From contig NC_045713.1 of NCBI RefSeq assembly GCF_009834535.1, positions 14,508,001 to 14,572,000 of the forward strand: a DNA stretch of 64,000 nucleotides. The letters are read 5' to 3'. This document shows, in pieces, positions 1 to 10,920 of the stretch. The position numbers and the translations under genes were made by a program. How positions within the stretch are numbered: position 1 is the stretch's first letter; every line of letters begins with the position of its first letter. The stretch is from Camelus ferus (lineage: Eukaryota). The notes under the pieces are model-generated. The model was not told where the DNA came from. It worked only from the letters and a program-made list of their open reading frames with translations, and did no database searches.

Positions 1-1
1 G

Positions 2-490
2 CCCGGACTGCCGTCCAGCCTGAGCCCCGGGCCGCCTCCGCTGCCCTCGGCGCTCGCTCTGGCCGAGCTGCCACCGCTGCCCGCGCTCCCGCTGCGGCCC
101 GAGCCGCTGGCGCCCTGGGGCCCCAGCGCCCACGTGGCGCTGCCCGAGCTGCCGCCTTCGGCCTGCGCGCCCGCGCCGCCCGCCGCCGCGCTCGCCCTGC
201 AGGGCCTGCCGCGCCTGCCAGCGCCCTCGCCGCCGCCCGCGCACCTGCCACTGCCGCCGCTGCCCGAGGCCGCAGTCGCCAACACACCAGGGCCGGTGGG
301 CGCGCGCGGCCGTCCGCCCCTCATCGCCGAGCCGCCCCCGCAGCCGCTGCCGCCGCTGCCCGCGAGGCCCTCGCCCTTAAACCTGCTGGCGCCTCCTGCG
401 CCCAGCGACCCCTGGCAGCTGCCCGCCTTCCCCCCACAGCTGCGGCCGCCGCCCCCGCCAACCTACTTTTTCCTGTTGCCACCCTGTTGA
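2..490 (+). CDS. Partial (5'-truncated) Pro/Leu/Ala-rich coding exon of an unidentified gene
   Basis: Frame 2 is open from the window edge to TGA at 488-490 (PGLPSSLSPGPPPLPSALALAELPPLP...PTYFFLLPPC*). Strong CTG/CCG/GCC/GAG codon bias and CpG-rich. GC drops after the stop, and AATAAA occurs at about 848 and 898. Product not recognised. Confidence 0.5.
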   Translation, partial: PGLPSSLSPGPPPLPSALALAELPPLPALPLRPEPLAPWGPSAHVALPELPPSACAPAPPAAALALQGLPRLPAPSPPPAHLPLPPLPEAAVANTPGPVGARGRPPLIAEPPPQPLPPLPARPSPLNLLAPPAPSDPWQLPAFPPQLRPPPPPTYFFLLPPC

Positions 491-1379
491 AAGTCTGGCC
501 CTCCCCTGGAGGGGCTGCGGGCGGGTGAGTAGGCAGCCCTGTCTGGACACAGGGGCCTCTGCCCCTCGCCGCCTTCCCCGACGGCAGATTCAGAAGGCTT
601 GGGTCACAGCCTGGCTGGACGAAGAGGGCGCAGTGGAGGTTTGGGGGAGGAAGTCTGAAATTAAGCTCGTTTCTTCTATATTTTTTCCTACTGCTCTACA
701 GCAAACCTCTTGCCTGGTCATTTGAGAATGTAACTCATCTATCCCCTATACTGATAAACTGGCTGATGATCTGGGCCGTGGGGCACTCAGCTTGAGGAAA
801 TGACAACAGAATTTGAAATGCTTTAACTAAGAAAAAAGTATTTTTAAATAAAATGCTTTAACTGGCATACTCAAGATGTCTCATTTTCCCCTTTCACAAT
901 AAAGGTTTTGGATGCCATCGCTAAGGCCCACCTATGCTTAAGTTTGTATGGCTTTTCAGAAACTCAGAATCTGCCTTCCAAGTCTTAAAAAGTCAAACTC
1001 ACAGCTGAAATAGATCCCGGGGTCTCCTGGGGCTGGGCGCACCAGGAAAACAGTGGTGTTGATGGTCAACCGATACTGGGCCCTGAAACAGAAGTATCAC
1101 ATGCAAGGGTTGTGAAGTCCTCCCCACGGGACAGGAGAGCTCCCAGGGTGAGTTATAAGAGGAAGCCCCTGTTCTCTCCCCATCTTTACCTGCCCCCCCC
1201 CCCCCATTTACAACTCAGAATAAAGTTCCCTTTGTTACTCAGGTGGCTTGGGCTCAGGTAACCAGGCAGACTCCTATCTCAAATGGGCTCTTCTACAGCA
1301 GCTCAGGAGTGGTATCAGGAAGCCAGCTTGACCTCGGGGGACCTGTGAGAGCCTGGAACTCACCAGGAAGAAGGACAAT

Positions 1380-1830
1380 GTATGAATTTTCTGACTGCTG
1401 TAGCAAGTCACCACAAACTGGGTGGAGTAAAACGACAGAAATTTATTCCCTCCCAGTACTGGAAGCCAGAAATCCAAAATCAGGGTGTCCCAAGGCCACA
1501 CTCCCTCCCAAGGCTCTATGGGAGGCTCCTTCCTTGACTCTTGCAGCTTCTGGGGCTCCAGGCACTCGTTGCTTTGTGGCTGCCTCATTCAGTCTCTGCC
1601 TCCGTCGTCACATGATCTTCTCCCTTGTGTCTGTCTCAAATCTCCCTCGTATTTTTCTCTTATGACACCTGTTTTGGATGTAGGGCCCACCCTAAATCCA
1701 GAATGATCTCATCTTGAGATCCTTAATTTAGTTATATCTGCAAAGACCCTTTTTAAAAATAAGGCCACATTCACAGGTTCCAGTGCTTGGGACCTAGACA
1801 TAGTGTCGGGAGTCACCATTCAAACTATAC
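1380..1830 (-). mobile_element. MLT1-type MaLR LTR
   Basis: Recognisable MLT1 motifs: taccacaaactgggtgg...cagaaatttatt...gccagaaatccaaaatcagggtgt...gatctcatcttgagatccttaa...atctgcaaagaccct...cacattcacaggttcc. Confidence 0.8.
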
Positions 1831-4800
1831 CAGCAGTGTCCTCTCCCCTGTGGGCCTAGCCTCCTTCCCAAGCTGTCTTTCAGCTTCCTTAAACCATCTT
1901 TTAGGCCCTATCCCTTGCTGAACCTGAGCCTTGGGTGCCCTTGGAGTCCTTGAGTGAGATCCAAAGGCACTAGTACCATGATAAAGCTCTCACTGGCACA
2001 GGAAGAAAATAGAGCGAATTGTGGCCCAGTTCCCATTCCTGCTGGCTTGCTGCTTCCTCGACCCTCTTTGTGTCCTACAGCCCGCCTCCCAAAGAAGACA
2101 TCGTTCTCAGAACTTCACGTGGGTAACTGCTGCTGGTGGAAACCTGACAGTTACGACTGATAATAAAGTTAATTGTTACCCAGTCCGCGGAGTCTGCCCG
2201 GGTTTACATGTGAGGCTGCCCTTATCCTCTTGGCAAAATACTCTTGTCCCAAGTCAGTACCTACAATAATCCCCTAGGTGTGCAGGGCGCTTGTGGCCTC
2301 AGCAGATGCCTTGGGTGACCCTGGAGGAGGCAGGGCAGGCTTCTCCTTCTGGCTTACAGCCAGGAAACACCTAAGATTAGGCAGTTGTGACTTGCCCAGT
2401 GAGGCCCTGGGGTAAGGGGGGTGACACCAGGTCTGACCCAGAGTCCAGCAACCTGCACACTGCAGGTGGCAAGGAAACCAGTGCTTTCTGCAACAGGGGC
2501 ATAGACAACGGTGAAACTGAACCCTGGGTGGAGGGTGGCTTCCTGTGTAATCAGATCCAGACGCTATTCTCCGTGGAGACTTCATGCGCAGGGAGCCTCC
2601 AGGAGTAGGAGGAAGGCGGGAATGGCTGGCTCCGGAGGAGCAGTGTGGGATGCATGTGGGATGGCTTGAGGAAGACTCAGCATAGAGGGGAGGGGGGTGG
2701 CTGCGGGCTGTGCTGCCTTCAGGAAAAGAGGCACCAGGAGGCCCAGCTCACCCTAAATTTTCTTAGATCCCAATTCCTGAGGTCCTGAACAAGGAGCCGG
2801 CAGCTTTTATGTCAGTCGGTCTGGGGTTGCATTAGGCTTGTCCTGTTTCCTGCATGTTCTCTTGGCCAAACTCCCTAGCTCTCTGAGCTTGCTTCCTTGT
2901 CTGTAAAATGGGGCTATGACATGAGAATTATTATAGAACATCAAGGTTTCCCCTGCTCCTTTTCATTCAGGAGCCCCTGGCTCCCAACCTGCAACATCGG
3001 GGCCTCAAGTGCCTCCCCAGAGAAACCGGTAGTGCAGTCCCCATGGCCACCCCCATACCCTTCCTGGTACCACAGTGGCTGTGGTCAGTTCCCCTCTTTT
3101 GTCCTTGGCAACACTTCCTCTCTAGGGGGAGTGAGATGGACAATAGGATTGGAGTTAACCCGCTCCCACCTCACCTCCATCTAAGCTGAGCTCCAGTTTC
3201 TTCTGCCCACCTGAACCTCCCACCCCTCCGCCCTCCCAGAGAGAACAAAGGTTAGATTTAGTTCTGTCCCTCACCGAAGGGGTGAGGAGGGCCAACCCCT
3301 TCCCGCCTTCCTCCGTTTCCTCTCTGGGTGGAACCGGGGGAAAGTTCCTCTCCCCCACCTCTTTCCCAGGAGGAGGCAGATGGGGTAGGGATGATGGAGT
3401 GGGGATTCCAGTGGACCTGTTAAAGTCTCATTGATATGGTAACCACGCGGTGGGGGTCCCGGCCTCTCCCCATCAACAGCATTCCAGCCCGAGTCCCAGT
3501 TCCTTCCTAGACCCCAACTTTAACCCTTAGGTTCCCAGATCCAGCTGAATCCAGTTTGACCAGGGGGCCCAAGAGAGGTCCTTGGGCCTCCTAGCCTTGG
3601 TCCAAGGAGGGCTGAGGGCGGGCAGTACACCTGCCCAGGTGCCCTGGGAATCTGCTCTATACTGCTGCACACCACCACCCCACCACCACCCCGTGGGCCT
3701 CCTAGTTCTGTGACATATTCCCCCATTTTTACTTTCCCTTTAGGCTGTTGGGCGAGGTGCTTATCAAGAGGGGGGAAAGTGAGAGGAAGCTGAAGTTGCT
3801 TGTCCTCCCCTCTCCAGGCAGGTCCAGCTAGGGGTGGCAGGTGAAAGGGGATATCTCCATCCTCTGAGCACCCACCTCCCACGTGGCAGTGCAGGTGTGG
3901 AGATGTCGAGCCAGAGAGGAATTGGGATCTAAGAAATTTAGGGTCCTTTTAGTGCCGTTTCTGGGCATGATGCTTATTACTGGACATGTGTAGTGCCCCC
4001 ACCAGGCCCCATCATTACGTTGTGGGGTTAGAGATGCCCATAGAATGGGTGGGCCTGATTGCAGGCTGATCAATGACCCCTTCCCCCCAACCCCGTCGCC
4101 ATGCAGGACTCAGTGTTCAAGACAGAAAAGTCCCAGGCAGATCAGGACCAGTTGATCATTTATGCCCAAGGCAAGAGGCAAACTCTCTTTGGGCCTGGGG
4201 AGAGAAAAGGTCCTGGGCTGGGGCTGCCCAGGATGGAGGCCTTTTGTGCAGGTTGGTGGGCCCTCCAGAGATCCGGGCTGGCCTCCCACCACCTGCCCAA
4301 ACCTGTGTGACTGGATTCTCGGTGGCTCCAGAGGAAGCCCCCTGAAGACTTACCTCTATTTGCTCTTCTCAGCCACCCCCTACCCCTGTGAGATCTGAGG
4401 CCTTGGGGGCTGAATGACCTGGAAAACCCACCCAGGGTTCCCTCTACCCATCACAGCCAGGAGGGACCTCTGGTCCTTTTCCAGCCAGCTATCAGGATCC
4501 TCCTCCCTCTCCTCAGGCGTCCTGGGGCCATCAGGTCAGTCCCAGACTGGACAGTCACTGCCCCTCTGTGGGGAGGCACCAGGCATGGAAAAGTCCCACC
4601 CCCTGGAGCCCACCTGTGAGACCCGCTGATTGGCACTGGCCTCAGTCTCTCCATGTTAGGAAGAAGGGTTCTCATGCTTTCCTGGAGCACCCACCCCTTT
4701 GCAAATCTGAGGATATCAACCTCTCTTCCTGCAAAATGCTAAAACCCATTCCCAGAAGCAATGCACCCACCTGAAATTAAAAATCCTTTATAAATAAAGC

Positions 4801-6596
4801 CCCACTGGCCACCTAGCACCCCTCCCCTCCCCCAGGGCCATAGACCAGGTGTGCCCTGGGGAGCCTCCCACCCCTGCCCCCACTGGCCAGTCGGCTCCAG
4901 CCTCTGCAGGAGGAGGGGTGGCGGTGAGAGGCTCTCCCCGGGACACTCCTCCCTGCCACCCTGGAAAGTGGAATTTTCATCAGCCTCCAACTCCCTTTTC
5001 ACAGAATAATCATCAGTTCTTGGCACCCAGGAAGGGGCTTGAAGGAGCTCATGATCCTCCCAAAAATGAGGGGTCCTGTTTGTGGGTCCCATGAGGTTTC
5101 TCAAAGGGGTCTTTGACCCAAGGAGGCTAAGGACTTTGACATTCTGAGATCTGGCCCCAGCTGGGGGGCAGGATTTGAGCCTTGGACTGTGTGACTCCCA
5201 GGCTGTCCCTCCACCCGGAGAGGGGAGTCACTGGCTCCTAGGGGTCTTCAAGAGGGGTGTCTTTCCTGAGGAGGGGGAGGCAGGGCTCTGGGAAGCTTGG
5301 GTCACTGGGCCTTACCCCCCTTGCCCTCTGTTGTGGTGTCTCACTACCCAAGGAATTGAGTTGGGTCCTGGGGCTGCTCCTCAACTGAGAGCTCAGCCCC
5401 TGCTACTCTCCCCCTCCCCCACCAAGGCTCCTGTGTGCCCCTCCCCCACCTCAACAGCAGGCTTTTTATCCCCTGGCCCCCAGACTCCTTCAGCAGCTCA
5501 GCTCAGCCCCCAGTTTCAGCAGGGGTGTAGGGGTAGGCACACCTGAGCTAAAGCAGAAAGGGGGGTGGTTTTCTAGGCCGTTGCCTGGGTGATGCCACCT
5601 GAGCTTGGCGCCAGGCACCTGTCACCCGGGGAACAGTGCGGGCGGGGTGCCTCCCTCGGGAGCCACCGGGGCCACTGGGCTGAGACTGGAGACAGATTGG
5701 ATTCCAGAGAGTCCCTGGCTGGGGGAGCAGGGGGAGATGGGCGGGGTGGGTGATACTGGGGGAACTAGGTGCTTTTGCATCACAAAACAAAGTGGGGTGG
5801 GGGACAGCAAAGCTAATGGTGGCTGGCCGGCGGCTCAGGAAGGCGGCCAAGGCACCCTCCCACTCCTGTCCTGAGCCAGTGACTTTATTGCCCCCATTCC
5901 TTACTCCCCAGCCAGTCCTCAGTCTCCCAGTTCCTTTGTGCCTGTGTTTTTCCCTCCCATCCCACGGATGCTCTTTCCTCCCCTGTTCCTTCCCAATCAC
6001 GAGCACCCCCATTGACCCCAAGGCGCCCCATCCTCAGCTCCGCCTCCTTCCTGTAACTCTGGCTTCCTCTGTTGTGGCATCATGCTGCTCCTCCCCTGCC
6101 TCAGCCTTAAAACCCCGCCTGCAGCTGAGAGTCAGCAGAGTTCCCAGGTGCCACCCACCAGGATAAGCCACTCAGCGTGAACCTGCACCAGCCGGTGGGG
6201 ATGCAGGTCTCCTCAGCCTGAAGGTGGGTCGGGAGGGTCCAGGCAAGCTGGGTCAGGCCAGCGGCAGCCAGGACGTGACTGCAGGGTGGCAGGAACAGCA
6301 GCCGTTGGACATCTGAAGGACGACGGGCCCCTCAAAGGAACACCAGCCACTCAGCCACTCAGGACTGTGAGACTGATTTGTGTTTGTCAAGGGTCAGAGA
6401 CACATCTGTGAGGGGCACGGAGCTAGGAAGTGACTTGCAGGAGGCCCACTGATGTGAGGACTGTCTTGGTCGGAGGACGCTGACTTAAGCTCCTGCTGGG
6501 CACCGAGACACCCCCACCCCCACCCCGAAGCATCCGACCCACTCCACTGAATCAACCAGGCTGCCTAGAGTGAGAAGACCTAACCAAGGCAGGCAG

Positions 6597-7250
6597 ATGG
6601 CTTCAACTGGCCTTGAACTCCTGGGCATGACCCTGGCTGTGCTGGGCTGGCTGGGGACCCTGGTGTCCTGTGCCCTGCCCCTGTGGAAAGTGACTGCCTT
6701 CATCGGCAACAGCATCGTAGTGGCCCAGGTGGTGTGGGAGGGGCTGTGGATGTCCTGTGTGGTGCAGAGCACAGGCCAGATGCAGTGCAAGGTGTACGAC
6801 TCGCTACTGGCGCTGCCCCAGGATCTGCAGGCAGCCCGAGCTCTCTGCATCATTGCCCTTCTGCTGGCTCTGCTTGGCCTCCTGGTGGCCATCACAGGCG
6901 CCCAGTGCACCACCTGCGTGGAGGATGAAGGTGCCAAGGCCCGCATCGTGCTCACAGCGGGAGTCATCCTCCTTCTCTCGGGCATCCTGGTGCTCATCCC
7001 CATCTGCTGGACCGCGCACGCCATCATCCAGGACTTCTACAACCCCCTGGTGGCAGAGGCCCTCAAGCGGGAGCTGGGAGCCTCCCTCTATGTGGGCTGG
7101 GCAGCAGCTGCCCTGCTCATGCTGGGAGGGGGCCTCCTCTGCTGCACCTGTCCCCCGCCCCAGATCGACCAGCCCCGCGGACCAAGACTGGGCTACTCCA
7201 TCCCCTCCCGCTCTGGTGCATCAGGGCTGGACAAGAGGGACTATGTATGA
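6597..7250 (+). CDS. CLDN9: Claudin-9, single coding exon, 217 aa
   Basis: ATG at 6597. [18 protein letters not shown]...WEGLWMSC...C...GLDKRDYV*. Intact W-GLW-C-C signature and C-terminal YV PDZ motif. AATAAA at 7723-7728. Confidence 0.98.
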   Translation: MASTGLELLGMTLAVLGWLGTLVSCALPLWKVTAFIGNSIVVAQVVWEGLWMSCVVQSTGQMQCKVYDSLLALPQDLQAARALCIIALLLALLGLLVAITGAQCTTCVEDEGAKARIVLTAGVILLLSGILVLIPICWTAHAIIQDFYNPLVAEALKRELGASLYVGWAAAALLMLGGGLLCCTCPPPQIDQPRGPRLGYSIPSRSGASGLDKRDYV

Positions 7251-8578
7251 GGTGGAGAATATCCCTGGAAGCCTGCTGCTTAGAACCTTGACCTTTTGCT
7301 GGGTGCCTAATCCTTGCCTGGTACTGTCCACCACTCCCCTAGCTGAAACCCACTTTCCAGATGCTCAAGCCAGGCCTGGCTGCAAGGCTAGTCTCAGCGG
7401 GCCTGGCTGAGTCTAGACCCACTTTTGACGGGTCCCCATTTCCACTCAGGCAGGGCCTGAGCTGATAGGGAACACCGACCTGCCCCTACGTCCCCCATGT
7501 TGCTGTCTTCTGCTGTCCAGGATTTGGACTAGCTTTCCTCGGAGCCCTCCTCCACCCCAGGAACCCCAAAGGGCAATAGCTCCTCATGCCCTCCCTGGCC
7601 TGGAGTTGGTCCTCTCTGTCTGACCAGACCACCATCAGCATCCAGAGGCTGAGGCCAGGCCCTTGGAGCAGCCAGGAGTCCCAACATATCACCTCACCTC
7701 TCACCCCCTCCTTTGAGTAGGGAATAAATAGAGTATTTGTAAATCAGCTCCTTTGATCTGTGGTTGGGCTGGGAAGACCAGGTGGCCTCCCCTGGGGCTG
7801 TCTGGCCAAGGCCTGCTTCATGTCCTGCCCAGTGGGAAACCTCACTCAGGCCATGCAAGGCACAGGGCAACACAGGAGATGAGCTATTTGTACCCACCTC
7901 CTCCTGCCAGGCTGGCCCTTGGCAGCCCCCACCCCCCACCAGCAACACCAAAGGCAAGTAACAAAACATGCTTTATTCAGTGGAAACTGGTGAGTGTGGG
8001 CAGGGCATGGCAGAAGTGTACAGGGGCTGGAGATAAAAGGGTCAGGGGTCACACAGCAGGGACATAACAACTCAGGATGGAAGAGCCAGAGATCAGAAGA
8101 CTTGGAGGTGGGTGGTTGGTTCTTTGGTAACTTGTTGCCTGCTCTTCTAGAGGCTACGTGAGGCTCAAGAGCCCCTGGGGGTTCCAGAGGCCTCACCATC
8201 ACGGGAAGGCTTGTCCCTGCAAGCCTAGGGAGGCCCTGCCCCCCAAAACAGTGGGAACTCTTGGGGACAGGATGAAAGCATCTGGAGAGCAAGCAGCCTT
8301 CACACTGGGCCCACAGGTCAATGGTTGGTCTGAGATGGGGATGTCCAGGGTGGAGAAAGCCAGAAACTTTGAAGCATCACCTTTTTGGCTCCATCACTCA
8401 AAGGTGAGGAACACCAGTAGTAGAGCCCAGATGGGTTACCAAATGGATTAACGACCCCTGCCTTCTCCCAAAATAAAAAGCAAAAACAACCCCAAAGCTG
8501 TCATGGATCACCACCTCCAGGGTTCCATCTCAGAGGTTAGGCTCCACTGTCAATGGAGCCCATACTCCTCTACCCAAA

Positions 8579-9244
8579 TTAGACGTAATTCTTAGTGGGG
8601 TACTCAGAGGGACCCCGGGAGGTGGTATGTGGGGCTGATGCTGAGTATCGGGCCATATAATGTCTGGAGCTCCGGGACCCCCAGGAGGGGCAGGTGCAGC
8701 ACAGTAGCCCCCCACCCAGCAACAAAAGGCCAGAGGCAGCCCAGCCCACATAGAGGGAGGCTCCCAGCTCCCACTTTTGGGCCTCAGCCACCAGGGGGTT
8801 GTAGAAGTCTCGAATGATGGTGTTGGCCGTCCAGCACACGGGTATCAGGGTCAGGATCCCAGAGATGACAAAGATGATCCCTGAGGTGAGCACCAGTCGG
8901 GCCTTAGAGTCCTTGTCCATCACGCAGGTGGTGCACTTGGCTCCGGCAAGGTAGATCAGGAAGCCGAGCAGGGCCACAAGGAGAGTGATGACGCTGAGGG
9001 CTCGGGCAGCCTGCAGGTCCTGGGGCAGCGCCAGTAGCGAGTCAAACACCTTGCACTGCATCTGGCCTGTGCTCTGCACCACGCAGGACATCCACGGCCC
9101 CTCCCACACCACCTGGGCTACCACGATGCTGTTGCCGATGAAGGCAGTCACTTTCCACAGGGGCAGGGCACAGGACACCAGGGCATTCACCCAGCCAAGC
9201 AGTGACAGGACGATCCCCAGGATTTGCAGACCAGCAAGGGCCAT
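8579..9244 (-). CDS. CLDN6: Claudin-6, single coding exon, 221 aa (signature reads GPW)
   Basis: ATG at 9244. MALAGLQILGIVLSLLGW...GPSEYPTKNYV*. Acceptor cag at 9271-9273, polyA signal on the minus strand at 7972-7977. Tail-to-tail with CLDN9 as in other mammals. Confidence 0.96.
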   Translation of the reverse strand: MALAGLQILGIVLSLLGWVNALVSCALPLWKVTAFIGNSIVVAQVVWEGPWMSCVVQSTGQMQCKVFDSLLALPQDLQAARALSVITLLVALLGFLIYLAGAKCTTCVMDKDSKARLVLTSGIIFVISGILTLIPVCWTANTIIRDFYNPLVAEAQKWELGASLYVGWAASGLLLLGGGLLCCTCPSWGSRSSRHYMARYSASAPHTTSRGPSEYPTKNYV

Positions 9245-9981
9245 GGTGAGGTGGAGGTTGAGGAACTGCACTGGGGGATGGAAGCAGAGTAATGTTAAAA
9301 CCAGCTGGCCCTGTCCCCTCGTTCCCAGTGAGTGCTAACCCCCATGCCACATGCCATGGCCAACACACAGGATACCAAACGTATGAACCCTAGGAGTCAG
9401 GATACCATGTCCTGTAATGTGGGCAAGGCATGCTCCCTAAGCCTCATTTTCTCACAGGGAAAATGAACGTTTAATGCTTCAGCATTTTTCTCCCCCTAGT
9501 TATGTGACAGGCATTGGCTTATATGAGTGCAAAAGTAAGCAGCCCAGTCCCCTCCCGCTCTCCATCTCTATTTCCCTTCTGAGCCGGCCCAAAGGAAGGT
9601 GTCCTCAGCCCTCAAGCCTGGAAGCCATACGCCCTGGAAGGGTCCAATGGCGGCGCTAGCAGCAGGGTCCTCTCCCGACTGGTGAAGGGGAGGGGAGCCC
9701 CGCCCCGGAGAGCAGCGCAGGTGGGGGAGGGGCGCCCAGGTTTCGGTGCCTTTGTCCCCGGGAAGGGGGGAGGGGCGTTTAACCTTTCTGCCGAAGGATC
9801 CCATCAGGGCCGAGGTTTAGGTGCAGCCCCCAACCAGGGACTCGCCGTCCCGGGTGGCTGCCATCAGATATATCCAGGTTCTTCACATGCACCCCAACCC
9901 AAAGCCGCCATGCCCCCTGTAACTCTCTCTGCGAGGCATCTACGTCCTCCTCCACAACATGCACCCTTCCGCCAGGCTTAC

Positions 9982-10075
9982 CTGTGAAGGAGTCCACAAA
10001 GATTCGAAGTAGCTGGCCGAGTGTGAGGATGGGGGCGGAGCTGGGGGGGGTCTTAAAGAGGCAGTGACGTCACCG
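9982..10075 (-). promoter_or_regulatory. CLDN6: CLDN6 non-coding exon 1 and proximal promoter (GC box, TATA-like element, CRE)
   Basis: Minus-strand donor CAG|GTAAG at 9982/9981. GGGGCGG at about 10032, TTTAAG at about 10052, palindromic GTGACGTCAC (CRE) at 10064-10073. Confidence 0.6.
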
Positions 10076-10447
10076 GATCAACGCCTCCAGGAGGGGCAGA
10101 GACCCCAGTCCAGATAGCAGCGGACGTGCGAATCCCAACCCCGCCAGTAGCGGGCGCTCGAGGACGGAGCCGCTGCTCCGGCGTCTGGACCGGGTCCGGG
10201 GGGCATTACCTGCCCGAAGTCTGGCCGGCAGTGGGTCAAGGTGTAGGGCGAGGAGCGGAAAAGAGCTCGGGTCTCGACTCTGAAACCCACCTAATCTTTC
10301 AAAGCCTAATTTTACTCTGCAAAATGGAGACAACAAGCCCACATTTTACTATGTAACTATGTCCTAAGGTGGAAATTAAAAGGGCACAGTATTATTTTTG
10401 TTTTATTGTTATTATCATACCCTCAGGCCTTAAGAAAGCTGCAGTTA

Positions 10448-10593
10448 GCGGGGCAAGTATAGCTCAATGGTAGATTGCGTATTTAGCATGCATGGGGTCC
10501 TGAGTTCAAATCCAGTACAGCCATTAAAAATAAATAAGTAGGTAAACCTAATTACTCCCCTTCCTCCCCCCGCCCCCAGAAGAATTAAAAAGA
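10448..10593 (+). mobile_element. tRNA-derived SINE (camelid-type) with 16-bp TSD
   Basis: Box A tagctcaatggtag, box B gagttcaaatcc and an A-rich tail. TSD aagaaagctgcagtta at 10432-10447 and 10594-10609. Confidence 0.9.
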
Positions 10594-10920
10594 AAGAAAG
10601 CTGCAGTTATGTCTGTGATGGGTTGTGTCAGACTCCCCGCCATAGCCCAACACACACCTCCTGGGCTTCAGCACGGAGAATATAGGGCTGGATCTGTATT
10701 ATCCCCTTGGCGTTCTGGCCCCTCACGCACGGAGACGGCTTTTGTTGAGTGAATGACTGAACTTAGTCTGCCAGGAGGGCGGGGGCGTCCAGGGGTGGAT
10801 CGCGGGGCGGGCAGAGGCGAGGGATCCGCCCCGGAAGGCGGGGGCGGGGGCGGGGCCGCTGCTGTCTGTCCTGGTCCGCGGGTGGCGAGCCCAGACGGCA
10901 GCGGCCGCCCGAGGAGCGCC

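Noticed and set aside
1242-1256. 15-nt micro-exon candidate (GGLGS) as a GREP1 exon
   Set aside because: Plausible splice sites, but no neighbouring Gly-rich exons were found and it lies downstream of polyA signals; insufficient support.
6485-7027. 180-aa minus ORF, and the similar plus ORF at 8985-9338
   Set aside because: Antisense shadows of CLDN9 and CLDN6; they resemble each other only because the claudins do.
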